Part shown: positions 31,181 through 40,434 of the stretch, piece after piece | How positions within the stretch are numbered: position 1 is the first letter of the stretch | How the letters are laid out: every line of letters starts with the position of its first letter | DNA from: Trueperaceae bacterium | Lineage (GTDB): Bacteria > Deinococcota > Deinococci > Deinococcales > Trueperaceae | Direction of reading: 5' to 3' | DNA: 64,000 bases | Assembly (NCBI GenBank): GCA_965213705.1 | Contig: OZ243913.1 | Location: forward strand, 3,424,001 to 3,488,000 | Program-made: the position numbers and the translations under genes | Notes under the pieces: generated by a model | Seen by the model: only the letters and a program-made list of their open reading frames with translations | Told to the model about the DNA's origin: nothing | Databases searched by the model: none

Positions 31181-31751
31181 GACACTGTTGGCGAAGTCCT
31201 AAGCAGCAAGCCTGGCAAAGCCAGACACCCTCGTCGGCGCAATGGGAAAGCCACCCAACCAGTCCGTCACCCGCTGTACATTGATTGCTGAAGCCGTAGC
31301 AACGTGTTGGAGCGCGGTTTTTCTCAACCCTCGGTAACGTGACCTGCGTAAGCTGTTCGTGCGTACCCCTTAAGACATCGTACTTTCGATACCCGAACGC
31401 GCTTTATACCGTTCTCGCCATGCGGGTTGCTTTTGGTTCACTCTAGCTTCCTCTAAGGCTTTGTATGCTTCGAAGGACTTGAGGGTGAAAGCTTTAGAAC
31501 CCTTCTTACTACGGGTACATAGGTATCGCGTTTCGCAGTAAGTGCAATCGGCATACTTGAACTTTACAGCGATCTTCGTGTCTCCCGCCGAATCTTGTTT
31601 CGGCGTCTAGGAACTACTTTGTTTGCCTTGCGGACAGCTCATCGTCTCAGCCTCCCAATTGATGGTAAAGCAGGAGATGTCGTAAGCCTCAGGCGTTTTA
31701 GCCTGCCAACCTCGGTTGCGCCGCACGGGTCCCAGGAGTTCGATCCCGTAC
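31181..31751 (-). mobile_element. IS1182-family 3' remnant
   Basis: Minus strand reads YGIELLGPV..WQAK..FTINWE..CPQGK..CTYC..CTRS; end-like GACTTCGCCAACAGTGTC. Confidence 0.7.
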
Positions 31752-31753
31752 TA

Positions 31754-32641
31754 GACCTGCGGCGAAAGTCACACCTACCCTTGATCATGGTTGTAAAGAG
31801 CGGCGATGAGGTTAAGCCTGAGCCCAAAGCGCCTTCTGCGATGGCGATAGGTTTCTTTGAGCACACGAAAGACCTTGAGCTTACGAATGACATGTTCGGC
31901 CAAGATACGCTCTTTAGCAAGCTGACGGTTGTGGCTGCTTTGCTCTTGAGTCAGCGTTTTGCCACGCCAGCGTTTGAAAGGGGTTCGGCATTCAGGGTGA
32001 ACCTTAGCAACACCTTGATAGCCGCTGTCAGCTAGTAGCTTAGTTGCGGGCGCTAAACTCACAGCGCAACCACTGCGTTTTAGCAGCTTGAAGTCATGTT
32101 CTCGACCTTTGCCACAGGCTGTACTCAAAATGCGTTTGCTAGCCTGATCTACGAAGAGCTGACTTTTCTGGCTATGACGCTTTTTCTTACCGGAGTAGTA
32201 ACGTCGCTGCTTTTTTTGGGTCGTTCAACAGGGCTCTCTGCTACATCCACAATCACCACCTCTAGCTCGTGGTCATCGCGCAAAGCTTTACGACCTGGTA
32301 AAGAAAACTGACCCGACTTGATAAGCGCATTCTCAACTCGTTGGTGCGTCTAACGGTGCTCTCGTCTACTTCCCAGTCTTCAGCTAAATGAAACTGCGTT
32401 CGGTACTCTCGCCAAAACGACAGCGTGAGTACCAGTTGATCGTCCAAACACAGCGCGGGCGGTCTGCCGCTCCTCTTCTTAGCCCTTTCTCGCGTCTCCA
32501 ACACCTCTTTCATCAACTCGTAAGTGGCTCGCTTTACGCCTAGTTTGCGCTTGAACTTCTCTGCTGACAACTCTAAGCTTCGCTCTGTTTGCTTTCGCAT
32601 TCCTATACTTTGGCAGGTTTAGCCTACTTTTGCCGGGGGTC
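31754..32641 (-). mobile_element. IS5-family (ISL2/IS702-like) element, frameshifted transposase
   Basis: TIRs GACCTGCGGCGAAAGT / ACTTTTGCCGGGGGTC flanked by TA; FWREYRT, ADSGYQG and EHVIRKLKVFR motifs. Confidence 0.85.
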
Positions 32642-32643
32642 TA

Positions 32644-33095
32644 TTAACTTTTTCTATTTCGACAGACCTGAAAACTAAGTCAACATCGGCTTTCGAGAGT
32701 TTTACTTCCTCACCTTCATTTTTTGGTTTAAAAGGCCGAGAAAGCTTTGCTCTCACCTTGTCTCTATCTTTACCTTCTTTTTGCCAAGCGTTATTGAGTT
32801 CGGGTCCGACTATTCCAAAGCTTACGACTTTGTTCTTAACATCGGAGTCGGAGCGTAAACGGAGAGCAGCACGGTGAAAGAAATCTTGCAAAATAGAAAA
32901 GCCCAAATCGTCGCTATAGTCTTTAACTTGTACTACTTCAAGAGCCGTACCTGATGGTTCTATGACTGCAAAATCCTCGTGCAGCTCGAGCTGAAAAATA
33001 GCTTTGTCATCCTGCACTTCAACTATTTTCGAAAGAGCGTACAGTGTTTGTCGTCTGTAGCCCCGTAAAGCCGACGTTGCGCCAGAGTGGTTCAT
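32644..33095 (-). pseudogene. Truncated defence-type nuclease (Cap4/DUF4297-like PD-(D/E)xK N-terminal domain)
   Basis: GATSALRGYRRQ...ELHED...VQVKD; cut by the IS. Confidence 0.55.
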
Positions 33096-33671
33096 TCGCC
33101 ATACATCATAACTTTCTGATTGTTTAATTTGACGCTCGTGTTGCCGCCACCGTGCAAAACGAGATCGGGCTCGCTACCGAGGAGCCTCGAGCTGTAGACC
33201 CGCAGGTCGAGGGGGTCGTCCGTAGAGTCTCAACTCCCCTGGACAGGCTAGTTTTGTCGCCAGCATCTGACGCTCCCTCCGGGATGAGTATCCCTGATTA
33301 GCGAGTATCAGCCAAAACAGGGTAAGTTCATCTGGAAGAATCGAGCACCTCCGTATAATATCTCAAGCTGGTCCTATTAGCGACGTAAGCATCAAACAAT
33401 GACAAGACGCTTACACTACAGACGGCCAAGGTATCAAGTGCAACAGTATAATTAGGAGGGTAGTAATGAACGAGAGGATAAGGCGTGGGAAAGATCTTTG
33501 TGTGTTGACTCTACATGTGGGTGAGATGATGCACATCGAGCCGGTTGCCGTCATAGATAAAAACCACGACTTACCATAGCTGTAGACATCCACACGCGCG
33601 TTATAGTCGACTTCAGCTTGGAATACAGTTGTTCAGACAGCGATTAGCTTTAGGTTTTCGTGCGTCCAAAG

Positions 33672-34110
33672 CTAGGGGCCGACGCGCGCAAAACTCATGC
33701 TGGCTTGGTGGAGCGGCGTCAGCCCTACAACCCAGACAAAATCTAAATCTCTTTGAATAAGCTTGATGACCCACCTTGAAGAGGCTGGAAAGCTTTTTAG
33801 AATGTCCACCTCGAGCGTTTTCGCTCCAAGTAGCTTTTCTAACTGTTCGTTCTCAGCTTGGAGCGCTTTGTCTGGCGTTTTGGCGTTGCCATGCTTTAAA
33901 GACTGAGCATTCCACTTGTGAATCAAGCTTTCTGCTGCGCCATGCTGCCGCGATACTTCGCCTACGCTCGCCTGCTCTTTGAGTACGGTGAGTACAATGG
34001 TGAGCTTTTGCTCAGCGCTCCAACTTCGTTTCTGTTTCCCCATCGTTTAGCCTCCATTATTATCCTCTCAAACTCCTGAGTGGATTTGGGCTAATTTCTC
34101 AGGGCATTAC
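33672..34110 (-). mobile_element. IS3-family orfA remnant
   Basis: WSAEQKLTIV HTH and ENEQLEKLLG coiled coil; orfB absent. Confidence 0.7.
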
Positions 34111-34290
34111 CACTACTCCGATTGGATAAAGTTACACCTTGTCACAGGGGTTAAAACCAACATCGTGACTTCGGTAGAAATAAGCGGCAGACACGACCAT
34201 GACAGCACTTTTTTCAAGTCCTTGATAGACGCGACAGCGAGCAACTTCACCATGCAAGAAATCAGCGCAGACAAGGCGTACACGAGCCCA
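34111..34290 (+). pseudogene. DDE transposase internal fragment
   Basis: WIKLHLVTGVKTNIVT...HD...ISADKAY. Confidence 0.6.
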
Positions 34291-34345
34291 TTTCTAGTAA
34301 GTAGGACAGCAAACTCCTTAGTCATCTCAGCAAACTTTGTCCAGC

Positions 34346-35113
34346 CTACTTGCCCTTCGCCACCCCAGCCTCACCTGTTCCACCCTCGTCCGCCGCGTCC
34401 GGTGCTGCTTGGTTCGCCTTGGCAGCCTCCGGCGTCGGCACCCATTCGAGTGGCTCGGTATCGAAGAAGGTCTCGTCCAAAAACAGCTTCAACCAAACGT
34501 AGCGCTGGTTAAGCGTCACGTTCTGCGTGAAGGCGTCCATGTCCAGGCCAGGCATCGCCAGGCTCGGGCCGAACGGCGGCAACCCTCGCGAGCGGTTCTC
34601 GATGATCTGTTCGCTCACCAGCAATAGATAGTTGAGGTACACCTGCAAGCTGCCGAAGCCGCCCTCGTCAGCGCGCTGGTGTAAGTAGGCGTAGTCGCGC
34701 TCGGTCAGCCGCAGAATGACGTCACGGGTCGCTTGCTCCCGGTAGAGTTCGACGACTTCAGCCGGGGTGTCGCGAACGCTTCTGGGCGTTGGGGTCGGCA
34801 GGGGGGGTGACTTGGGGGTAGTCGTTGGCTCAGAGGCTGTCTTTGGTTCAGAGGTGGTCTTTGATCCAGACCTACTTGCGCCTGGATTGCGTCGTTCAAC
34901 ATCGACAGCCATACGCTCGTAGAGCAGCTCCAGCGCCTCGGCCAGCTTGGCCGTCGCCTGCTCGCGACGCACGCTCGGAAAGTCTTTGAGAAACGCGTCG
35001 AGGCTTTTCCCCTGGTCAAGATAGTCGAAAAACGTGCTGACCTTGGTGTAGTCTGAGCCGGGGAAAACCATCGTAAAAGCCTTGCCTTTGTCAAACGACC
35101 TCAACCTAGCCAT
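34346..35113 (-). CDS. DUF433-like domain protein with a C-terminal extension
   Basis: FDYLDQGKSLDAFLKDFPSVRREQA; Pro/Thr linker. Confidence 0.55.
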   Translation of the reverse strand: MARLRSFDKGKAFTMVFPGSDYTKVSTFFDYLDQGKSLDAFLKDFPSVRREQATAKLAEALELLYERMAVDVERRNPGASRSGSKTTSEPKTASEPTTTPKSPPLPTPTPRSVRDTPAEVVELYREQATRDVILRLTERDYAYLHQRADEGGFGSLQVYLNYLLLVSEQIIENRSRGLPPFGPSLAMPGLDMDAFTQNVTLNQRYVWLKLFLDETFFDTEPLEWVPTPEAAKANQAAPDAADEGGTGEAGVAKGK

Positions 35114-35244
35114 AACGCCTTCTTTCCGCTGTCTTGTTCACTGCTCGGTTTGGTTAGTGGCGGCAAAGGCCGCGTTGCGGCCAGCCTTGCTTAGCCGACC
35201 GGCAGGTGAGTCGTGGACGCCGGCTGCTAGTCACTCACTGCTAG

Positions 35245-36009
35245 TCACTCACTGCCAAAGGCTACCGGCCGCTGCGACAGGTCGAAGCTCGGGACCGTCT
35301 CTATCACAACGTAAACCGAGGTCAGGTTCCCGCCGCCCCTGGCCTGCAGCAACTTGGGACCTTCGTCCAGCACAAGATCGAACCTGACGTTCGTGCCGTC
35401 CGGGCAGGTCCCTCCGCCCGTGACTTTCACAGGTTGGCGAGCGTACAAAACACCTGCAATCATCCGCAGCTCTGCCTCGAACACACCTGTCTGAATTTGC
35501 TCGTCCATCTCGACCGTTCCCCACGGTTCACCGTCGGCGTAGACGAGAAAAACGAGCTCGGCGACCCTCACGCTGCTGGGTGACACGACCGGTGCCAGGC
35601 TTTGACAGAAAGCCAGGTCAGCAGGCCTGAACGGCGTGAAGACCTCGTCGGGTAAGGTGTCGGGTAACGTTGCAGGCAAGCTGTAGGTGATGCTGCCGTC
35701 GTCCTCGACGGGGAAGGTAAAAACGCTGATGAAGTTGCTCGGGTCGTCGCCGCCGACCAGGCGCACCTCCCCCTTAGCTCCAGCAGGCCAGCCCGGCGGC
35801 GGCCAGGGGGACAGCAGGGTGGCGGCTTCGATGGCCTGGGCGTGGGCGGGCGTGAAGAGGAGAGGAATGAAAAGAACAAACGCCAACAGTGTCAAGCGGA
35901 CGCAAACACAATTCCGTTGTGCAACTGACTTAGCTCCTACGCCCGGCCTTCTGAAAGGGTTGATTTCTACCCTGCTCGGTTCGAAGGTTTGGGCTCGAGT
36001 CGTGTCCAC
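35245..36009 (-). CDS. Hypothetical secreted protein (true start probably downstream, near the signal peptide)
   Basis: LLAFVLFIPLLFTPAHA/Q signal peptide. Confidence 0.55.
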   Translation of the reverse strand: MDTTRAQTFEPSRVEINPFRRPGVGAKSVAQRNCVCVRLTLLAFVLFIPLLFTPAHAQAIEAATLLSPWPPPGWPAGAKGEVRLVGGDDPSNFISVFTFPVEDDGSITYSLPATLPDTLPDEVFTPFRPADLAFCQSLAPVVSPSSVRVAELVFLVYADGEPWGTVEMDEQIQTGVFEAELRMIAGVLYARQPVKVTGGGTCPDGTNVRFDLVLDEGPKLLQARGGGNLTSVYVVIETVPSFDLSQRPVAFGSE

Positions 36010-36014
36010 CTGGG

Positions 36015-37070
36015 TTACTCGACGCCCCGGAAGGTGAAGCTGTACTGAATGACCCCCGTCAGCCCCACCAGCCGCAACTCGTAGTCGCCGTCGGTTTCGG
36101 GTGTGAAACCGTAGGCGTCGACCCGGTAGTTGGCCTGGTATCTGGGGGAAATAGCTAGCGGCTCACTACCTCCTGCGGCGTAGACCTCAACCTGGAAACT
36201 GCCGCTGAAAGGCATCGGGTCCTCAAGTTCACCGAAAGCCGCCACCACCGATTGGCCGGCCGTGCCCTTGAACCTGTACGTGTCGACCGAGTCTTTCGTC
36301 ACCCCGCCTTCGACCTCGTCGCCGAGCTCGAGCACTCGTGGCGTCGCCCGCTCCGCGGGTGAGCCGCTGAGGTACGAAGCTGTTACCTTGTAAACGACTG
36401 TGCCGACACGTCCGCGGACGCGCAGCAGGTAGTCGCCGTCTGTTTGTGGGGCGAGGCCCAGGACCTGGTCGCGTCTAAAGTCGTTGGTGTCGTAGTTTCC
36501 AGAAAACAGCGGGGTGCTGAGGTCGTCGGCCTTGTAAAACTCGACCGTGTACTGCGCGATGCCCGAGACGGCTTCTGTGCCGCCGAAGTCGAACAGCAGC
36601 GGGACGTTGCGGATTCCCTTGATTTGGTAGTCCTTCAGCGCGCCTTGTGGTACTTGGCCGGTTCTAATGACGCCCGGGGCGATTTCGTTCGGCCCTACCT
36701 GGCCGACCGTGGTGTAAGTGGCGGTCACAGAGGCGGTTTGGGACAAGGCCACGTCGACGCTTTCTACGTCAAGCTTCCCGGCGTAGGTGATGCCTGCTGC
36801 GGTCACAGAGGCGATGCTCACCGTGTAGGTGCCGGTGGGGAGTTGCAGGGTTTGGCTGCGGGTAACGGTTTGCTGATAGTCTTCCGGGCCGGTCACTGCG
36901 ACCGCAGCGTCGACGTTTGTGGGCAGGCCGATGACGGTGACTTGCAACGAGCCGGTGTCGACGCCGGGTGGGATGACGGGGTCGGGGTCGGTAGGAGTAG
37001 AACAGGCCGAGATAAATAAGCTGAGAATAAGGAGGATGATCCCAGTTCTGGTAACTGTTAATTTACGCAT
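36015..37070 (-). CDS. Lipoprotein with beta-sandwich (PPC/Ig-like) repeats
   Basis: Lipobox ISAC; two repeats containing DGDY(L/E)LR. Confidence 0.7.
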   Translation of the reverse strand: MRKLTVTRTGIILLILSLFISACSTPTDPDPVIPPGVDTGSLQVTVIGLPTNVDAAVAVTGPEDYQQTVTRSQTLQLPTGTYTVSIASVTAAGITYAGKLDVESVDVALSQTASVTATYTTVGQVGPNEIAPGVIRTGQVPQGALKDYQIKGIRNVPLLFDFGGTEAVSGIAQYTVEFYKADDLSTPLFSGNYDTNDFRRDQVLGLAPQTDGDYLLRVRGRVGTVVYKVTASYLSGSPAERATPRVLELGDEVEGGVTKDSVDTYRFKGTAGQSVVAAFGELEDPMPFSGSFQVEVYAAGGSEPLAISPRYQANYRVDAYGFTPETDGDYELRLVGLTGVIQYSFTFRGVE

Positions 37071-37259
37071 AATAGTCCTTTCGAACTTCTCTAAACTGAG
37101 TTTTCCAATACCTATATAAGAGCGTCAGCCACTTCTTAGGACTTCCGACAGCACTTTTCGACGCTCCTCTTAGCTTCTCAGCTCGAGCAAGTTTAGCTCT
37201 CGATTGGAAGTCTGTCAATCGGAAGTCGCGTTTTGACAAGCTTATAGCGAAGATAAACC

Positions 37260-37568
37260 GTGACAACCAAGCTAACGAAAGAGCAGCGCGCGCTGGAGCA
37301 AGCTACCAAGCGGGCTGTGGCAGAGCGCATCAAAGGGTTACGTCGTGGCACAGGCCTGAATCAAGAAGAGTTCGCTTCGCAGGCGCAGCTGTACCGCTCT
37401 CATTACGGATTTGTGGAAAGCGAGCGGCGTGAGCCCAAGTTGGGAACGCTCATCAGAATTGCCAACGGTTTGGGAATAAGTCTCTCAGACCTGGTCGCGG
37501 TAAGTCCGGAGCAAGTTGAGAAGTATAAACAGGAGCTGTTAGAGGAGTTGAAAAAGTCAGAACCTTAA
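37260..37568 (+). CDS. XRE-family HTH regulator (RM C-protein-like)
   Basis: LNQEEFASQAQLYRSHYGFVESERREPKLGTLIRIANGL. Confidence 0.8.
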   Translation: MTTKLTKEQRALEQATKRAVAERIKGLRRGTGLNQEEFASQAQLYRSHYGFVESERREPKLGTLIRIANGLGISLSDLVAVSPEQVEKYKQELLEELKKSEP

Positions 37569-37713
37569 AGCTCTGAGCGTTCTGCGCAAGTCCACCACAC
37601 TCGCCAAGACCAATCCGTTGCCTGGCGATGGAACAGGGCCTTGGACGGTGTGTGGGTTGGAGAGAGTGCTGTTCATGGATACTAGGGTTATCTACGGACC
37701 AATAAACTGGCCT

Positions 37714-40434
37714 CTAACCGCTTTCTGCTGTGTAAGCAAAACGAGCTGCAAGTCCTGCTACGGTTGCATTTGTAGAGATGGAATCATGAGGAATAAGTAG
37801 GTAAGCCCACGGCTTGGTGCCGTGCTCCTCAGCATGTGCGCTCGCATGTACACACCAAGCTGACGCCGCCGCCGCTTTTTGCAAAACTTCATCATTTGTC
37901 ATCTGGTCGGCACGTTTGGGTTCACATAGATAATGCGTAGTAGCTGTTTCGACCACAAAGTCCGGTTCATAGGAACTATCCTGACGGTAGTAAATCTGCA
38001 GTTGGGTACGTGCGGGCTTGAACCACTTTTGCACGCTCATATCATCCTCGAGCAACACCGCAAAACGCCGTTCCGAGTCCGAATCAAATTTCTGCACCGG
38101 GTATAGTGACTTGGCGAAGCCGCCAAACAGCATGTTTCTTATGTCCGCCCGGTTTTGAATGGTTGCTCGGAAGTCGCTTATAGCCACACCTTCAGGTGCG
38201 TTGAAGCTTGTCTCGTCGAGCGTTAGGAACCCACGGCTGACTTGCGCTTCGTAGCCCGTCGCCTGTTGCCAAAAATGTTCCTGCATCTGTGCGTGGATAA
38301 GCTCGGCCAGCCGCTGTTCGTGGTATTGCAACACGTTGCGCACATCGTCAGGATCATGAAGATACGACTGAAGGTACCCGACGACCTGACCTGCCAGCTT
38401 GTAAAGCAATTCGGCGTTGTTCTCGTAGGACACATCGTCGTAGTCAATGAGACGCCGCACGATATAGTTTTCCGGGCGTTCCTCCCCTGCAACGGGACTA
38501 CTCTCTAAGCGCTCCCGTTCGTGCGTGCGCAGGTGCTGAATCAGAATGTCTTGAGAAACAGGCTGAAGTCTAAACCCAAGCTCGAGGTCGAAGTCTCGAA
38601 ATCCCGAGGTCACTTCCCCTGTTGGCACCACGATGATCCTGGGGATGTCGATGGTTCGCTCGACGACAAGATTGGTTACCTGCGCAATGACCTCCTCGAA
38701 GTTCGGCGTTTCGACCACATCCAAAGTGCCCTGGACGGGCAGCATTTCTTCCTTGACCGCCGCGATAATCTGCAATCTGACTTCCGGCATTTGTAAATCC
38801 TCGGCGCGAGGCAGCCGCGTGAATCTGCGCTGAATCACATCTAGCGTGGTACGGGCAACCTGGCGCGCTTCAGGCGTGTGAAAGGGTGATGCTATCTCGG
38901 ACCTGGGAGGAGCTAAAACTGTTGCTGTGCCCGTGGAACGAACGTCCGACGCCAAGGGCGTCGCTTGAGCACCGGTGGGTTCCGCGAACGCCGCGCCCAA
39001 CATCGACGGTACGGTAACAACTTGTCGACGCTCTTCTGGAATATCTCGCCCAATGACGACGCCCGTGCGGATAATCGAATCGGGGTTGTTGGCCTCGTCC
39101 ACGATTTGCTGAAAGCGGTCGTGGGCGACGATGGTGAGGCGGTCCACGGCGGATACCCCCACCTTGCGTCCGTAGGGCAAGCGCAAGCCGCGGCCAATCG
39201 ACTGCTCGACGAGCGTTCGGGAGTTCGCGGCGCGCAAAGGAACTATAGTGTAAAGGTTGGTTACGTCCCAACCCTCTTTAAGCATGTTGACATGTACTAC
39301 GATTTCCGTCGGCTCGTCGGGGTGCTCGACCGCCATAAGCCGCTCGATGGTCTCATCTTTCTCTTTGCCACGCTGATTGGAGTGAACTGTGATCACGCGA
39401 TTTTTGTAACGGCCCCCGTAAAAATCGTCTTCCTGAATCGTGGCAACGAGGTCGCTCGCGTGGTCCGTGTCTTGCGCCACGACCAACATAAAAGGCTTCA
39501 CCCTACCTACACCGTTCTACCGCGCATAGGTCTCGAGTTCGACCTTGGTATTCTCATGGACGATTACCGCGTCCTCGAGCTTGAGCCGTTCCAACTGCGC
39601 GTCGGAGTAGGTGCGCGGGTCGAAGTTCTCTCGCGTTGCCACAGCGGGTTCTTTGACGAAGCCGTCCTCTAAAGCCTTAAACAGTGGGTAGCTATAAATC
39701 ACGTTTCTGAACGGTGTCGAGTTACTGCCCGTTTCGACCTGCGGGGTGGCGGTAAGCTCGAGCCCCAGAATCGGCTTGAGGTCGTTGATGGCCCGCACCC
39801 CGGCGCTGGCGCGGTAGCGGTGCGACTCATCCATAAGCATCACCAGGTCATCCAGGCCCGCCAAGTAGTCGAAGTAGCTCTGTCCGATGTACTCCGACAA
39901 GCGCCGGATGCGCGAAGTCGCCCCACCGCGCACGTCGCTGTTGAGTTTCGAGATGTTGAAGATGTTGATATGCACATCGCTGAAAAGCGCCTGCTCGCGC
40001 ACGCCCCGCCCCGACTCGTAGTTGTCGCCTGTAATAAGCGTCGGCGGGTTGGTCGAGAACTCGGCGATTCCTTGGAACACGTACTTGGCTGTGTTGGGCG
40101 TAAAGTCGGCGATGAGTTTGTTGTAGATGGTTAGGTTGGGGGCCAGTACAAAAAAGTGCTTAATGCTGTGCTGCAAATAAAGGTAGCTGATAAACGCGCC
40201 CATCAGTCGGGTTTTGCCCACACCCGTCGCCAGCGCAAAACATAGAGAGGGAAAGTTACGCTCGAAGTCTTCTACCGACGGGAACTCGGACCGGATAACG
40301 TTGAGCGCTTCCGTCAAGTCGATAGTTTTGTCCAAACGCACAATTTCCATTACGCGGTCAAGGATTTCCAACGACTCGCGCTGCGGCGGACGCAGGCTGA
40401 GCCGCCCGCTGAGGGTGTTGACAATCCGGTTCAC
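37714..40434 (-). pseudogene. res: Type III restriction helicase-nuclease Res, split by one in-frame TAG (39517-39519)
   Basis: ATGVGKT, DESH, TATP, MLKEGWD, IGRGLR and YEPDF...EPK; both halves in the same frame. Confidence 0.85.

Noticed and set aside
34121..34135. GATAAAGTT as a Tn7 left-end site
   Set aside because: Single partial match inside a transposase fragment, with no TGT terminus or site cluster
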